64,000 nucleotides of DNA, from contig OZ024742.1 of assembly GCA_964016885.1 (NCBI GenBank), forward strand, positions 197,408,001-197,472,000, given 5' to 3'. The translations under genes were made by a program, and so were the position numbers. Source of the stretch: Eledone cirrhosa. Its lineage: Eukaryota. This document shows positions 28,848-47,923 of the stretch, piece by piece. The first letter of the stretch is position 1. Every line of letters begins with the position of its first letter. Below the pieces are notes generated by a model. It saw only the letters and a list, made by a program, of their open reading frames with translations. It did no database searches and had not been told where the DNA came from.

Positions 28848-29058
28848 ATGAAAAGATTCAGGACCCTGACGGCTGAGCTCCGGTCGTTTCGACTGTTAGA
28901 ACCGAACGGATCTAGATGAGTTCGGATCTAGCTGTCGAAACGGCCAGAGCTCAGCCGTCAGGGTCCTGATTCTTTTCATATTACCCACTCTGCTACCCCA
29001 AGTATCGAGTATTGTGGTGAGTTATAGTCCACATGGTATTTTACCACACCATATCTGA
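28848..29058. mobile_element. Palindromic TA-flanked mini-element with tail
   Basis: Arms 28848-28895 / 28930-28980 with CGAAACGGCC; related ends at 35775-35850 and 59155-59283. Confidence 0.65.
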
Positions 29059-29126
29059 TATATATATATAGACTGGCATGGGCTGGGGTTTGGATTCTGT
29101 CGATCAATTGGTTATTGATTAGGCGA

Positions 29127-29241
29127 TACCCGCTGATGAAGCTGCATAAGCCGATTGTGCATTGTTGCATAATATATGCAGACGGATGGTGCAGTGCACC
29201 TTACTGCTGCATTAAATGCGGCCGAAACTCGAGTCCGGGTA
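29127..29241 (+). ncRNA. Type-I hammerhead ribozyme with GUC cleavage site and expanded stem II
   Basis: tacccg-CTGATGA-a-gctgcat..(~68 nt)..atgcggc-c-GAAA-C-TCGA-GTC^-cgggta, inside TA-flanked element 29071-29376. Confidence 0.85.
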
Positions 29242-29374
29242 CCCGCTTTACGTGTGTTGTATTGAAGCGAATAACTATGTGTATACTCTGGGAATGTATC
29301 CTACATTACCTATTGAGTACGCTGAGATACAACTGGTCCTGGCATTGATAAATATGCTGGATCCGTCAACTCCT

Positions 29375-29462
<88 letters not shown>

Positions 29463-29828
29463 GAAATAGCACGGAAAATATATTTAGGCGTCTGTTTTTC
29501 TTTTTTCCTTTTCTTTGATTCGTTGATGGGACATTATTGAAAAAATGAGAGGGACAGTTCTTTTAAAAAGAGAGTTTTATAATGTATATAATGTATATAA
29601 AGTATTACCGGTTTCGATGTATTAGTAAAATTAACTTCATTTATTTATATTCGCTGCAATATATGTTTCGGTGATAACCATTATTCAACAGCTATGACCT
29701 CGTCAGGCCGCTAGAACTAGAACAGAAATTAACAAGAAAACACAATGGTGGAACAAAGTTTATCTTATTAATTCGTTCATATTAAAGCTAAATAGTTACT
29801 CTGAAGTTTCACCTATATATAAATGATG

Positions 29829-29901
<73 letters not shown>

Positions 29902-30149
29902 ATTAAAAGAAGCTATAGTCATATGAAAAGTAATTGTATAGTGCAACAGGCTAAGAAACCTAAAACCGAAACTAATATTGAGTATTACAATTAAAAGAAT
30001 TAATAAGGATTAAAAACTATCAATTAAAGATTTAAAATTAAGTTTTGAGCTAAGTTTTTTTCATCTTCCTTGTTGAGAAGGAGACTGGAAAATGAACTTT
30101 TTGAACGCCGAGAATACATGCATATATGTAAGTATAAATAAAGTTCTGA

Positions 30150-30330
30150 AGCGCAGAAATGCTACAAAGATACCTTATAAAATAGAGTGAAGACGCTTAA
30201 AAGACGGAAACAGAAGTTGCCATCGACCGCTATAAGGAAATAAATCCATAGCAGCCGATGGCAACTGTTTCCGTGTTTTAAGGGGGTTCAGCCTATTTTA
30301 TAATGCATCTTTATACCATTTCTGCGCTTG
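30150..30330. mobile_element. Hairpin MITE-like element (second copy at ~32468-32642, opposite orientation)
   Basis: Imperfect palindrome agaaatgcta...tagcatttct with the same asymmetric centre in both copies. Confidence 0.6.
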
Positions 30331-30347
30331 GGCACTTTCTTTATACT

Positions 30348-30435
<88 letters not shown>

Positions 30436-30593
30436 TCATATTATAATGTGTGCATGTGTGTTGTATGTGTGGGTGTATGTCTATATATATATATAGTTAG
30501 TTGTGTATATGTATGTATATATATATACACACACATCCATATTATAATGTGTGCTTGCGTGTTGTATGCGTGGGTGTATGTCTATCTCTCGCT

Positions 30594-30732
<139 letters not shown>

Positions 30733-30992
30733 TATCTCCATTAAATGTGAAGACATTAGCATATAAGTATATATCTTGGTGTGTGTCTCATAAATACATT
30801 TACAAAGATGTTTGGGTATGGTATACATGCATGTATGCATATATGCATATACAATTATAATCTCTTGTTTAGTGAGTAGCTGTGCAGTGGTAAAAAAACC
30901 ACACATAAAATATATCTTGACAGGCACATGTGAAAGCAACGGTTACTGTTTTTCATATTGTATTTATTATTGTTATTATTATTATAGTATAT

Positions 30993-31190
30993 AGGGCGGT
31001 GGATTGGCAGTATCGGTAGAGGGTCGGACGTCATGCTTTCATGCATAGAGTTACGGCCCTTTCCATTCTGAGTTCAAATCCCGCCGAGGTCAAATTTGCC
31101 TTTCCTCCTTACGGGGTCGATAAAATAAAGTACCAGTAATGTACTTGGCAATTGCTGGCCTTGTGCCAAAAGTAGAAACTATTATTATTA
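30993..31190 (+). mobile_element. Full-length SINE with TSD
   Basis: Dominant SINE; tattattattatagtatat on both sides. Confidence 0.9.
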
Positions 31191-31544
31191 TAGTATATCT
31201 CATATATAGTTGTTTTATGTCTTAGAATTTGCTGAACGTAATAAGTAGACAATGACAAATGCTAACTTGCTGTTAGCTGTGAATGTTACATCAATGAGTC
31301 TAACATCTTTTTTTCTTTCGTTTTATTGAGCAAATTTTCACATAAACATACATACAGTATTCTGACGTGTAAAGAAGATATTGAAGAACTATAAAAATAC
31401 ATTAACTGATGTTTACAGCTCTAAATTCCTCGACTGAATGAAGTGAGGTTTATGAACTAATCAGTGGAAATTAGTTTCGGTTTTAGGTTTCTTAGCCTGT
31501 TGCACTATACAATTACTTTTCATGTGACTATAGCTTCTTTTAAT

Positions 31545-31591
<47 letters not shown>

Positions 31592-31934
31592 CATCATTTA
31601 TATATAGGTGAAACTTCAGAGTAACTATTTAGCTTTAATATGAACGAATTAATAAGATAAACTTTGTTCCACCATTGTGTTTTCTTGTTTTTTTCTGTTC
31701 TAGTTCTAGCAGCCTGATGAGGTCATAGCTGTTGAATAATGGTTATCACCGAAACATATATTGCAGCGAATATAAATAAATGAAGTTAATTTGGCCTGTT
31801 GACTTAGATTTCTTGTTTTTAAATTACTCCGGAGTAAACAGACACACCTGCGCACTTCGTTGAGTGCTCTAACCTGCATACTGAAGTGTCGGTAAGCAAC
31901 CAACACATACTCAAATCTCTCTCTATATATATAC

Positions 31935-31991
<57 letters not shown>

Positions 31992-32234
31992 TATAGATAG
32001 AGAGAGAGAGAGGGGGGGGACGTGACACTGAACTCAGTTTATGAGAGTATTTTATGCAGCAGAGGAAATATAACTTTGTTGTCTCATTTCACTTGATAGA
32101 GTTATAATTTGAAACGTTTAATTTTAATGACTCAAATATTTATATATTTCTGTGTTTCTCATATTGAGATGACATGTTTACTGGCTCCAAAAATATTACT
32201 GAAACATTTATAATGACTAACTAAATCTTAATGT

Positions 32235-32460
32235 GGAGGCGCGTGGCCTAGAGGTAAGGGTATTGGACGTACGATCATAATGTCGTGGGTTTGATTCCTT
32301 GGCTCGGTTGTGTGTTGTGTTCTGGAGCAAAACACTTCATTTCACGCTGTTCCAATGTACTCAGCACAATATGTGTGCCACCAATATTAGGGAGTTTAAC
32401 CCTGTGGGGAACTGGCGTTCGGTCGAAGGGCTTATACTCTCAGTCGCTTCACGCCAAGCG
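32235..32460 (+). mobile_element. Second tRNA-derived SINE family
   Basis: A/B-box-like gtggcctagaggt...ggtttgattcc then gagcaaaacacttcatttcac; relative at 60370-60690. Confidence 0.7.
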
Positions 32461-33199
32461 TAGAAATGAGAAATGCTATAAACATAGCTTATAAAATAGG
32501 GTAAACGCCCTTAAAAGATGGAAAAAGAGGTTGCCATCGGCAGCTATGGAGTTTATTTACTCATAGAGGCCGATGACAACTTCTGTTTCCGCCTTTTAAG
32601 GGTGTTCACCCTATTGTATAAGCTATCTTTATAGCATTTCTGAGGTATTTTTGCCCATTGCTCTTTTTGACAGTATTTGGCTGTTTTAACGGCTGTTTTA
32701 GCGATTAATTTTTTCATTTTTATGTATTTAAATACACTCTCGCTTCGTTTCGATCAGAGATAACAATGTTTTTCATTCAATATTTCTTTTGTTTGAATAA
32801 CTTCTTCAGACGGGCTTTTAGTCTACACCAGTCTCTAGCTGGACTCTCTGCAACTGTTTTTGCATAGGCAGTGGTATGTAGCTTTTCTTTTGCAGTGTAC
32901 GAGTTTATAACTCTACCCATGGAACTCTACCCATGGTCACTTTGTGAATGACTGGTTAGGATTTGCATTGCTATCAATAAAAGGTGTGCACATAAATCAC
33001 TAATCCGTTAGATTCACATGTCACAGCTGTTAAAAATGTAATTAACTTGCTAATTATCTTTATATTGGAAAATGACACATTCACCAATGTTCACTAGGTT
33101 GAACGTGCAGTGGCAGATTTTCCCAGTTTCTCTTGCACGTTATACACCATAACGAGGCTTTTCCATACGTTCCTGGTCAAAAGGGGCTGCGCGTTGTCC

Positions 33200-33716
33200 G
33201 CACGAATACACACAATACACGAATACGCGCAGTACACGAATAAGCGCAATACACGAATACGCGCAATACACGAATACGCGCAATACACGAATACGCGCAA
33301 TATACAAAAATACGCGCAGTACACGAATAAGCGCAATACACGAATACGCGCAGTACGCGAATACACGCAATACACGAATAGGCACAATACAAGAATACGC
33401 GCAGTACACGAATACGCGCAATACACGAATACACTTAATATACAAATACGCGCAGTACACGAATAAGCACAATACATGAATACGCGCAGTACGCAAATAC
33501 GTGCAATACACGAATACGCGCAATACACGAATACGCACAGTACACGAATACGCACAGTACACGAATCCGCGCAATACACGAATACGCGCAATATACAAAT
33601 ACGCGCAGTACACGAATAAGCGCAATGTATGAATACGCGTAATACACGAATACGCACAGTACACGAATACACGCAGAACACGAATACGCGCAATAGACGA
33701 ATATGCGCAGTACACA
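33200..33716. repeat. ~17-bp minisatellite (tacacgaatacgcgcaa/g), ~30 copies
   Basis: Direct reading. Confidence 0.92.
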
Positions 33717-33731
33717 GAAGAATGCGGTATA

Positions 33732-34622
33732 CGAGGTGTGTCAGAAAAGTTCCAGGACTGATGTCACAAAAGATTTATTTCAAACCCAAATTTCACACTA
33801 AGAGTTTTCTCCTTCAAAGTAATCCCCCCAGTAACTGTAATCTTAGCGCTCAGCAGTGATCAAACTTTTATCTTTATAATTTGATATACATGTCCTTTGT
33901 TTCAGGTCGTCAAGCAATGAGCACACAGCAACGAACAAACTTGAAAACTCCGTCAGAAGCACTGGGATTGCTGCAGCAAGTGTATGGAGATGAGACGATG
34001 TCACTCTCACGTGTTTTTGAGTGGTGCAAGAGGTTTAAAGAAGGACGCGAGGACGTGGAAGATGACCCCAGGAGCGGAAGGCCCTCAACAACCAGGACTG
34101 AGGTCAAGGTTGAGCGCGTCAGGCAGATGGGGCGTAGCGATCGTCGGCTGACTGTTCGACTGACGGCAAATGAGCTGGGCATGAATCGAGACAGCGTCTG
34201 GAAGATTCACACTGCAGATTTGGACATCCGGAAAGTCTGCGCGAAGATGGTGCCAAAACTGCTGAACGATGACCAGAAGGGTCGACGCATGCAAGTGTGC
34301 TAGGACATCCTCGAGCATCTTGAAACCGAACCAGACTTGCTAGGGTCAGTCATCACCGGTGATGATTTCATGGATCTTCGAGTACGACCCGGAGTGGATC
34401 CGTTTTGAAGACGTGGACGACATCAAAAAGGCCGTGACGTCGGAACTGCGGAGGATCCCGGATGAACCCTTCCAGGAGTGCATGCAAGCGTGGCAGAAAA
34501 GGATGGAAAAGTGCATTAGACTCCAGGGGGCTTACTTTGAAGGAGAAAACTCTTAGTGTGAAGTGTGGGTTTGAAATAAATCTTTTGTGACATCAGTCCT
34601 GGAACTTTTCTGACCCACCTCG
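33732..34622 (+). mobile_element. Internally deleted mariner (Tc1/mariner) transposon
   Basis: ~57-bp TIRs CGAGGTGTGTCAGAAAAGTTCCAGGACTG; TA TSDs; HTH region VFEWCKRFKEGREDVEDDPRSGRP, KVCAKMVPKLL, ITGD..WIFEYDPE fused to C-terminal KCIRLQGAYFEG. Confidence 0.93.
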
Positions 34623-35886
34623 TATATGTTATCGAACAAAGGAAGGCTCTTTAAGATTCGACGATTCAATGCTTCAACAAAAACACATATTGCACTGATA
34701 CGTGATCTTTATGCAGAAGACTGATCTTGTTAGTTACACGGAAAAAGACTTTCAACTTATGATGGATTGCTTCTCGGCAGTATTTGATGAGTTTGAAAAA
34801 GACAATGGTGGTGTACCAGCATACACACGGAAAGCCATATAACCCACCATCCATATATGTGAAAGATGAAATATTGAAGGCTGAGGATAAGTAATACTCT
34901 CTCCAGAAGCAGCACCCTTGATGAAGAAGTAATTTACGAGTAAGAGCCAGTTAATAGTTTGAACATTTTAGAAGAATGAAGCTAAGATGATGTCAGTCTG
35001 AGATGGTAGTACAAGTTGTGATATACGAGGAAAAAATAAGACTAGTTATAAATAATTATGAATTACTACCTCCTTACGGACAACCGATGCTGCACACTAG
35101 GTCTGCTATGGCTTCTGATGCTTTTGATAAGCTGGAGAGACGCCTGTGGTCACAGTCAGTTATTAGTGTTTGCACGAAGGTTGATGTATATCAAGCAAGT
35201 GTACTTACAGCCTTGTTGTATGAATGTGAGACATGGACAAAATACTGTGAGTTTATCCAGTGAGTCTGTCTATGCTGCAGTGGGCCTGTCTGCCAAGCAT
35301 CGAGACCATGATCATGAAACAGCGTCTCCGGTGGTCAGGTCACATAGTACACCTAGAGGACAGCAGACTCCCAAAATAAATATTGTATGGAGAACTCTTA
35401 CAAGGCAAACGCCTGCAGTGCAAGACACACAAGCGCATTAAAGACTGCCTGAAAGGTACTCAGAAGAAGATCAACACCGAAACATGGGAAATTCTTGCAA
35501 CAGACAGGTTCTAGTGGTGAAATCTGATTGCTAACGGTGTTAAGGAATTTGAAAAGAAGCAGAGTGTCCTATGCTAAAGTGAAGCGAGCAGATAAATATA
35601 TGGGGAGTGTTAGCCCGTTCTCAGAACAGGGTTCGAAAGAGACTCTTACCTGTGAGTGATACGGACGTGTGTGTATGTCAAAGGCAGGTCTACTAAGCCA
35701 TAACAGACGTCATACTCATAGAAATAACACTTTTGAGTATCTCATAAACCTTCATTTTATATATATATATATATAAAACAAAAGGTATGGTAAGGAACCA
35801 GGTGGACCATAACACACCAGAGTACTCGGTACTTAGGGTAGTAAGTGGGGTCTTGCTCTTTTCCTCTCTCTCTCACTCTCTCTCTA

Positions 35887-36663
<777 letters not shown>

Positions 36664-36799
36664 TATATATATATATATATATATATAGTAATAATAATAA
36701 ATTTGAAGACTAAAATCCAAAGAGCGCTCGATAAGGCTAAATATATATCAAATATATAAGAACCGTAGAGCAAATATTTATTATATATATATATATATG

Positions 36800-36896
<97 letters not shown>

Positions 36897-37207
36897 CATC
36901 TATACTAAAGTCTGTCACTCTGCAGATGGGCTTACACGGCCCCACAGAGCTGGTCAAGCCGATCAAACTCAAGCAGGCGAGAAAATTACGTGCTCGCTAC
37001 CTGGTTGATATGTAAGTCACTTCTTGTGACGATCCATCTAAAGCAGGATCAACGACAGCAACAACAACACCACCATTTTGCCAATTTCTGTTTATTTTTG
37101 GGTTTTAAAGAAGTGGCCGTTCTCGGACACGAGTTGGCTTCCACTATGCATTTATATATGTATGTATGTCTGTATCTATGTATGTATTATGTATGCATAT
37201 ATGTATG

Positions 37208-37239
<32 letters not shown>

Positions 37240-37259
37240 AATACATGTTTCTCTTTCTC

Positions 37260-37572
37260 TTAATTTCGAGTATATTTTTTTGACCGGCCACCTTCCTGGT
37301 GGCAAGGTTGTAAAAGAAAAGAAATTGTCATCCCTTGAATCGCAAGAATGTTTTGCAAATTTTGAAGGTGCCAGCTATCGCAGCCATTTGTAGACTATGA
37401 ATTAGGGAGCTGCGCTTTTTGTCCGCAAATCCAGGTTCAGTCATACTTTGGTCCAAGCGGGTTGGTATATAACCCGTAGCTCCAATAATGATGGGTATGA
37501 AGCTAACGGTGTATCTTGGATACTGGATTTGTAAACTTCTCATCAATGGTCGTTAGATGTCTTCCTTCTCCT
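37260..37572 (-). mobile_element. 3' end of an RLE-type non-LTR retrotransposon next to (TATG)n
   Basis: RSLQIQYPRYTVSFIPIIIGATGYIP...LQMAAIAGTFKICKTFLRF. Confidence 0.7.
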
Positions 37573-39653
37573 GTGTATGTATGTATGTATGTATGTATGT
37601 ATGTATGTATGTATGTATGTATGTATGTATGTATGTATGTATGTATGTATGTATGTATGTATGTATGTCTGACTGTGTTTGTGTGAGTGCAAAACTTAGT
37701 CATATATAATAGAGTTAAGAATAGCACTAAATTGTTATTTTCATTTCAGTTATCAGCTTAACTCAGCATAAACATTTCTTATATAAGAAATATTTTATAT
37801 ATTTATATGTGTGAGTGTGTGTGTGTGTCTGTCTGTGTGTGTATGTGCATGTGTGTGTGCGTGTGTACGTATGTGTGTGTGATTATATATGTGCGCGTGT
37901 GTGTATATGTGTATATGTATATATATATATATGTGTGTGTGTGTGTTTATATGTTTGCATGTTTGTATGTATGTTTGCATATATCTATATATATATGTAT
38001 ATGTATGTATATATGTGTGTATACAAAACTTTGTAATAACTTCCTATTCTTTTACATAACTATATCCAAGCGGTTCTCCTATTTGGAGAATATTCCATAT
38101 TGAAACGGCAATGATATAATTGTATGTTAGTTAGTTGACGGAAGGTTCTATACAACACAATAGTTTGAGAAATAAAAAGATAATTATGTGGGCAGTATTA
38201 ACACTTTTGTTGTCATACATTCAATGAAAAATATTGCATATGGTTTGCAAATAATTAATGAAAGTAAAAACCTTTCATAAATATTAATTTATTTAAATAA
38301 CTTATATATTTATATAATTATTTATTTATTTATTTATATATTTATTTCATTAATTATTTATTTATTCATATATTTAACGACGTGAGAATTTGAAATGTCG
38401 TCAAATAGCCACAAAACAAAATTAAGTGATGAAAAAATGGGGGATGTGGTAAAGAAGAGCAGATCTGGTTGTATAGGGGAGTAATAGAAGGACTATAAAT
38501 GCCATAAACGAAAAGAAAAGGATGGAAAGAGCAAGATTATTAGGCAACAGAAGAGAGAGGGAAAAGGGGTGGGTGAGAGACTCTACACCAAGATCGGGGC
38601 GGTGTTTCGGCTGCGCCCCACGGACAAAACTGCAAAGACATTTCCGTGGACAATGGCCGGCAACACCCGCTGCAATAGCCACCTAAACTCGTCAGACGGG
38701 CTGCTGACATTCCGATTTTGAGAATAATCAAGAATTTGGAAATATTTAGGTCACAATTAAGCTGACATTTGGAACAGACCAAATATCCTTAAATAAAATT
38801 ATGACAGATGATTTTTTTTAGATAAATATACATCATTATATCATAGAACTAATGGCAGTTTCAGGCGGTTTGGTATTAAAAGGGTTTAGTTGGAGTGAAA
38901 TTCTACTGATATCTTGTCGCTTCCTGAAACAGGTGCAATACAACTTGGATATTTTCATATCTTATCATCATCAGCTTTCTTTCTCTCTTTTTCTTCTATC
39001 AGTCTCTTTCATTCTCTCTGTTTGTTTGTCCTGCTTTGTTTGTTTCTTGCTTTATGTATTTTTTCATTAACTTATTTGTTTATATTCTTTTATTTCTATT
39101 TTATTCTGTGAAACAAGTTTTCAAAGCCATAGTTTTTTAACTATATTTAGGTATTACTTGAATAAACAATGGAAGCCACATCAATACAAGAAGTGGCCAG
39201 ACGTTACAAAAACCTAACAACTGGAAGGCAACAGGAAATGATAAATTTCTGATTAAAATAAATATCTAACCGAGACATGTATGCTGTTAGAATGTATGTT
39301 TAATAAAATGCTGACAGAGACGAGGACAACACCCGGCCGGCTCATTGAAGGGAAAAAAACCAACTTATTTATAGAAACAAATGAAACAGGAATGATAGAA
39401 ACTACAGACCACCATAACCTCAAGATGATAAGCTAATAGAAACACTACTGTAGCTAGTGCACGGGTTTGTGAAAGAAATTGATATGAGATTAAAGACGTA
39501 AATGTATTTTGATTGCATTTGAAAATCTTTGCATATTGTACTTTCTGAAAATCTAAAATATTAAAATTTAAAATGAGTGTCTTCCGCTTGTAGGCGCCAT
39601 TGTAGTTTCGACTGATATAATATAATATACATTATAGTATATTATATTTTATC

Positions 39654-39752
<99 letters not shown>

Positions 39753-39947
39753 TACTTACGAAATATCGTTGTTTAAATTTATTAAAGATAAAAATGTATT
39801 CGTAGTTGATCATTTTAGAATAAAAATATATTAATTTTCTTTCTTAATTTAATAGAGAAATATAGATTCTGACTGGATGACAGATGCCCAAAACAGAATT
39901 TAGAAAACCGTTGTTTTGCAAAATTGGTTATATATATATATATATAT

Positions 39948-40351
39948 AATGTAGGAGGTGAGTTTTATTGTAGTACAATAAAGCAATGCAGATATCGGAT
40001 AAGAAGCACTCTACAGTTTGTGGGACTGGAGTATGCATAATATAAGATCAAAAGATGGTTAAAGGAGTTCCATATATTTTATTATGCGCATTTCAAAAAC
40101 AAACATCATCAAACAATAATATTTGCGTTTTCATCAGATAAAACAGGAGAACATGATATGAAGGCTAAAAAACACTTGTTGATATGTTGATTTAAAACTG
40201 CACTATCAACAAGTGTTTTTTAGCCTTCATATCATGTTCTCCTGTTTTATCTGATGAAAACGCAAATATTATTGTTTGATGATGTTTGTTTTTGAAATGC
40301 GCATAATAAAATATATGGAACTCCTTTAACCATCTTTTGATCTTATATTAT
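39948..40351. mobile_element. Palindromic TA-flanked mini-element with two identical hammerheads
   Basis: Perfect arms 40037-40184 / 40204-40351; same family as 7290-7512. Confidence 0.85.
40245..40311 (+). ncRNA. Minimal hammerhead ribozyme (mirror at 40077-40143 on -)
   Basis: ttttat-CTGATGA-aaacgcaaatattatt/gatgatgtttgttttt-GAAA-T-GCGC-ATA^-ataaaa. Confidence 0.8.
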
Positions 40352-40680
40352 ATATATATATATATATAATTACATATAATAGACATCACAGCACCCGGCC
40401 TGCTTTCCTCTATTCTCCCTGCCTTCCTTGTCTACGCCTCAGTGTACTTCTTTGTCTGTACATTAGACTACAGTCCTTATTCTCTCCTTTCTATTATTTT
40501 TATCATTTGGCTAAGCCCTTGCGCACTCTAATCTGTGGGTTTTTTCCTACAGGCATAACTTGTCTCTACTTGTTTTGTTATGTTCCAATGTAAACTGAAA
40601 TGAATGGAACCGTAGTTGTTTCCAGTGGTTGGCGGAGAAAATGGGATTGTCCGTCTTTCCGTTGTTTTTTCCTTTGCGTC

Positions 40681-43555
<2,875 letters not shown>

Positions 43556-43755
43556 TAAGTATACTATTTATGGTTATGCAAATACAAAAACCTTTTGTAG
43601 TTATATATATTTTTACAAACCCTAAATAGTGATAGGCAGTAATATATTACTACCTTATTACCAGTAAGTTAAATAGCTCAATGTAATAACATCAGATGAT
43701 TTACAGAGCAGTTATATGAATTATAAGAATCAAAGAACTGTTCAAAACATTTTTA

Positions 43756-43802
43756 TGCTTACAACTGTTTCCTCCAAACCGAGGTTTGGATTCTTCGGAG
43801 CA
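43756..43802 (-). ncRNA. Hammerhead variant with CCGAAGA core
   Basis: tgct-CCGAAGA-a-tccaaacc(tc)ggtttgga-g-GAAA-C-AGTT-GTA^-agca. Confidence 0.6.
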
Positions 43803-44725
43803 ATTTATTATTGAATGAACACTTATATGACCTCCTTTTCAACCCAAGAGACATACAGATACATATGCAAATATTGTGGGTCAACATCCATTACAGCATT
43901 TAGTGTGGCAGTACACATTTAGAGATTACATTCATATTAAAAGATAAAATCAAAAATACAGGTTAAAATACAACATGAAATTAATGTGATACGATAGTCA
44001 TAAGCGGTTATTGAGTGCAATAGTTATACGTGTGGCAAGCACGTGCGTCTTATTTATATAGTGTGGCAGAGAGTTGCGTGTAATAGAAGCACTTAAACAG
44101 GTGATCAAGGGTGTTAAGGGGGTTGATCTGGTAATGAATTCTTTATATGATTGTTATAGCCTGTGCGTGGAGAAATAATATAAGCATTAAAAATAATATA
44201 AGCATTAGAAATATTGGAAATGCGTAGCGAAGCGATGATATGGATTCCATGCACTGCGACATTTTCATAGTCCGGGGAGCGTATTTTTCAGATTATATGC
44301 CCCTCACATAATCCACGACGATTCGATATTGGGCGTTTGACAATCCTGTTAAAGAATCGTAGTCTGGTGGTCTTTAAAGAAAAATGGAGTATATATTTTG
44401 TTTATCTAATAATTCTGTAGACAGGATTTATGATAATATATTGCTCTGAGTATTTAATTTATTAATTCTTCATAGAGCTAAAAAGTGACCGGTTGTAACA
44501 TATATAAATTTATGTATATGTAAACCTTTATATTTAATAATCTCCCGTAAGGTTGAGATTAAATTTGGCGATATTTGGCTGCGCTTTCGAGCGACAGGCC
44601 TACACGCCGTCAACAGCCAATCACATTCTTTCCAACTTGACCACGGCCATAGTGTGATTCTTAGCCATTTTTGAATCCAATTTTGGCGCGATCGGCTTGG
44701 AATACTAAGTGTCTATTTTTGAGTT

Positions 44726-44805
44726 TATCTCCTGATGATTCCGAACTCAATGAATTTCCTATGAATAGGATATCTAAAAATACGGATGAAACCATGGTAG
44801 GGATA
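44726..44805 (+). ncRNA. Type-I hammerhead ribozyme, copy 1
   Basis: tatctc-CTGATGA-t-tccg...cgga-t-GAAA-C-CATG-GTA^-gggata. Confidence 0.75.
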
Positions 44806-45386
44806 TAGTTACGGTATGTACACAGTTCTTCTATGTTTGATTTTACACCGAATTACATATGGTTAATTATGTACTTGGTCGATTTATGCATGCTGTCGAA
44901 ATGTTGGATAAATAACCTGCTGTGGATACCGCGAAGAAGCCACTCTCGTTTATTTGTCGGAGATTTCTTCATAGGAGCTTTTATCCTTATGGCTTAGTAT
45001 AATTGATTTTTTTATATGGTTGATTGTGCTGTTTGGCAGAGGAAATGGAGTATATATTTTGTTTATCTAATCATTCTGTAGACAGGATTTATAATAATAT
45101 ATTGCTCTGAGTATTTAATTTATTAATTCTTCATAGAGCTAAAAAGTGACCGGTTGTAACATATATAAATTTATGTATATGTAAACCTTTATATTTAATA
45201 ATCTCCCGTAAGGTTGAGATTAAATTTGGCGATATTTGGCTGCGCTTTCGAGCGACAGGCCTACACGCCGTCAACAGCCAATCACATTCTTTCCAACTTT
45301 ACCACGGCCTTAGTGTGATTCTTAGCCATTTTTGAATCCAATTTTGGCGCGATCGGCTTGGAATACTAAGTGTCTATTTTTAAGTT

Positions 45387-45466
45387 TATCTCCTGATGAT
45401 TCCGAACTCAATGGATTTCCTATGAATAGGATATCTAAAAATACGGATGAAACCATGGTAGAGATA
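45387..45466 (+). ncRNA. Type-I hammerhead ribozyme, copy 2
   Basis: tatctc-CTGATGA-t-tccg...cgga-t-GAAA-C-CATG-GTA^-gagata; perfect stem I, palindromic ACCATGGT. Confidence 0.8.
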
Positions 45467-45749
45467 TAGTTACGGTATGTACACAGTTCTTCTGTTTGAT
45501 TTTACACCGAATTGCATATGGTTAATTATGTACTTGGTCGATTTATGCATGCTGTCGAAATGTTGGATAAATAACCTGCTGTGGATACCGCGAAGAAGCC
45601 ACTCTCGTTTATTTGTCGGAGATTTCTTCATAGGAGCTTTTATCCATATGGCTTAGTATAATTGATTTTTTATATGGTTGATTGTGCTGTTTGGCAGAGG
45701 AAATGGAGTATATATTTTGTTTATCTAATAATTCTGTAGACATGATTTA

Positions 45750-47461
<1,712 letters not shown>

Positions 47462-47892
47462 TCCTATATATATGTATCACTCCTACCCCATATATTCTAC
47501 CCATCCCCTATTATTTGGGACGCGAGAGTACATAATGTTTTTCTATAAATATAAGACTAGATATTAATGTCGCATTTCTGATACAATTTCATTCATTTGA
47601 CCTAGACAGATATATCTACTGTACACCTGTTTTCATTTCTTATAACTTACTACCTGGAATGTCACCCATTTTGAATTTAGTTATCTTGTCCAAACTTGCT
47701 GCCACCGTGATGGATTGAACTCCACTCCTTAACATATGTCAAATAGTCTAAGTAAATGAAATATTGATTGTCAAACTGGGTGGATGGAATTCATTCTCTT
47801 TAATCCGTGTCAAATAATGAATGCATGTATGTATATATGTATGCATGTACGTATGTATGTATTTATGTATTATTTATGCATGCATGTATGTA

Positions 47893-47920
<28 letters not shown>

Positions 47921-47923
<3 letters not shown>

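Larger units (their letters stand above)
33100..35720 (+). mobile_element. Decayed RTE/BovB-like LINE (RT and C-terminus) interrupted by a minisatellite and a mariner
   Basis: VKRGCALSA before the minisatellite; RTKGRLFKIRRF...IRDL.YAED; ASDAFDKLERRLW...TKVDVYQASVLTALLYECETWT; RLRWSGHI; PKINIV/LYGEL region. Confidence 0.75.

Noticed and set aside
32235-32310. tRNA-like sequence (also 60370-60435 and SINE heads)
   Set aside because: No complete cloverleaf; followed by SINE body
33200-33716. CRISPR-like regular repeats (also 1220-1880 and 59380-59710)
   Set aside because: No unique spacers or cas genes; eukaryotic minisatellites
38400-38830. GC-richer patch with short ORFs
   Set aside because: No recognisable domain; possibly an old LINE 3' UTR but unsupported
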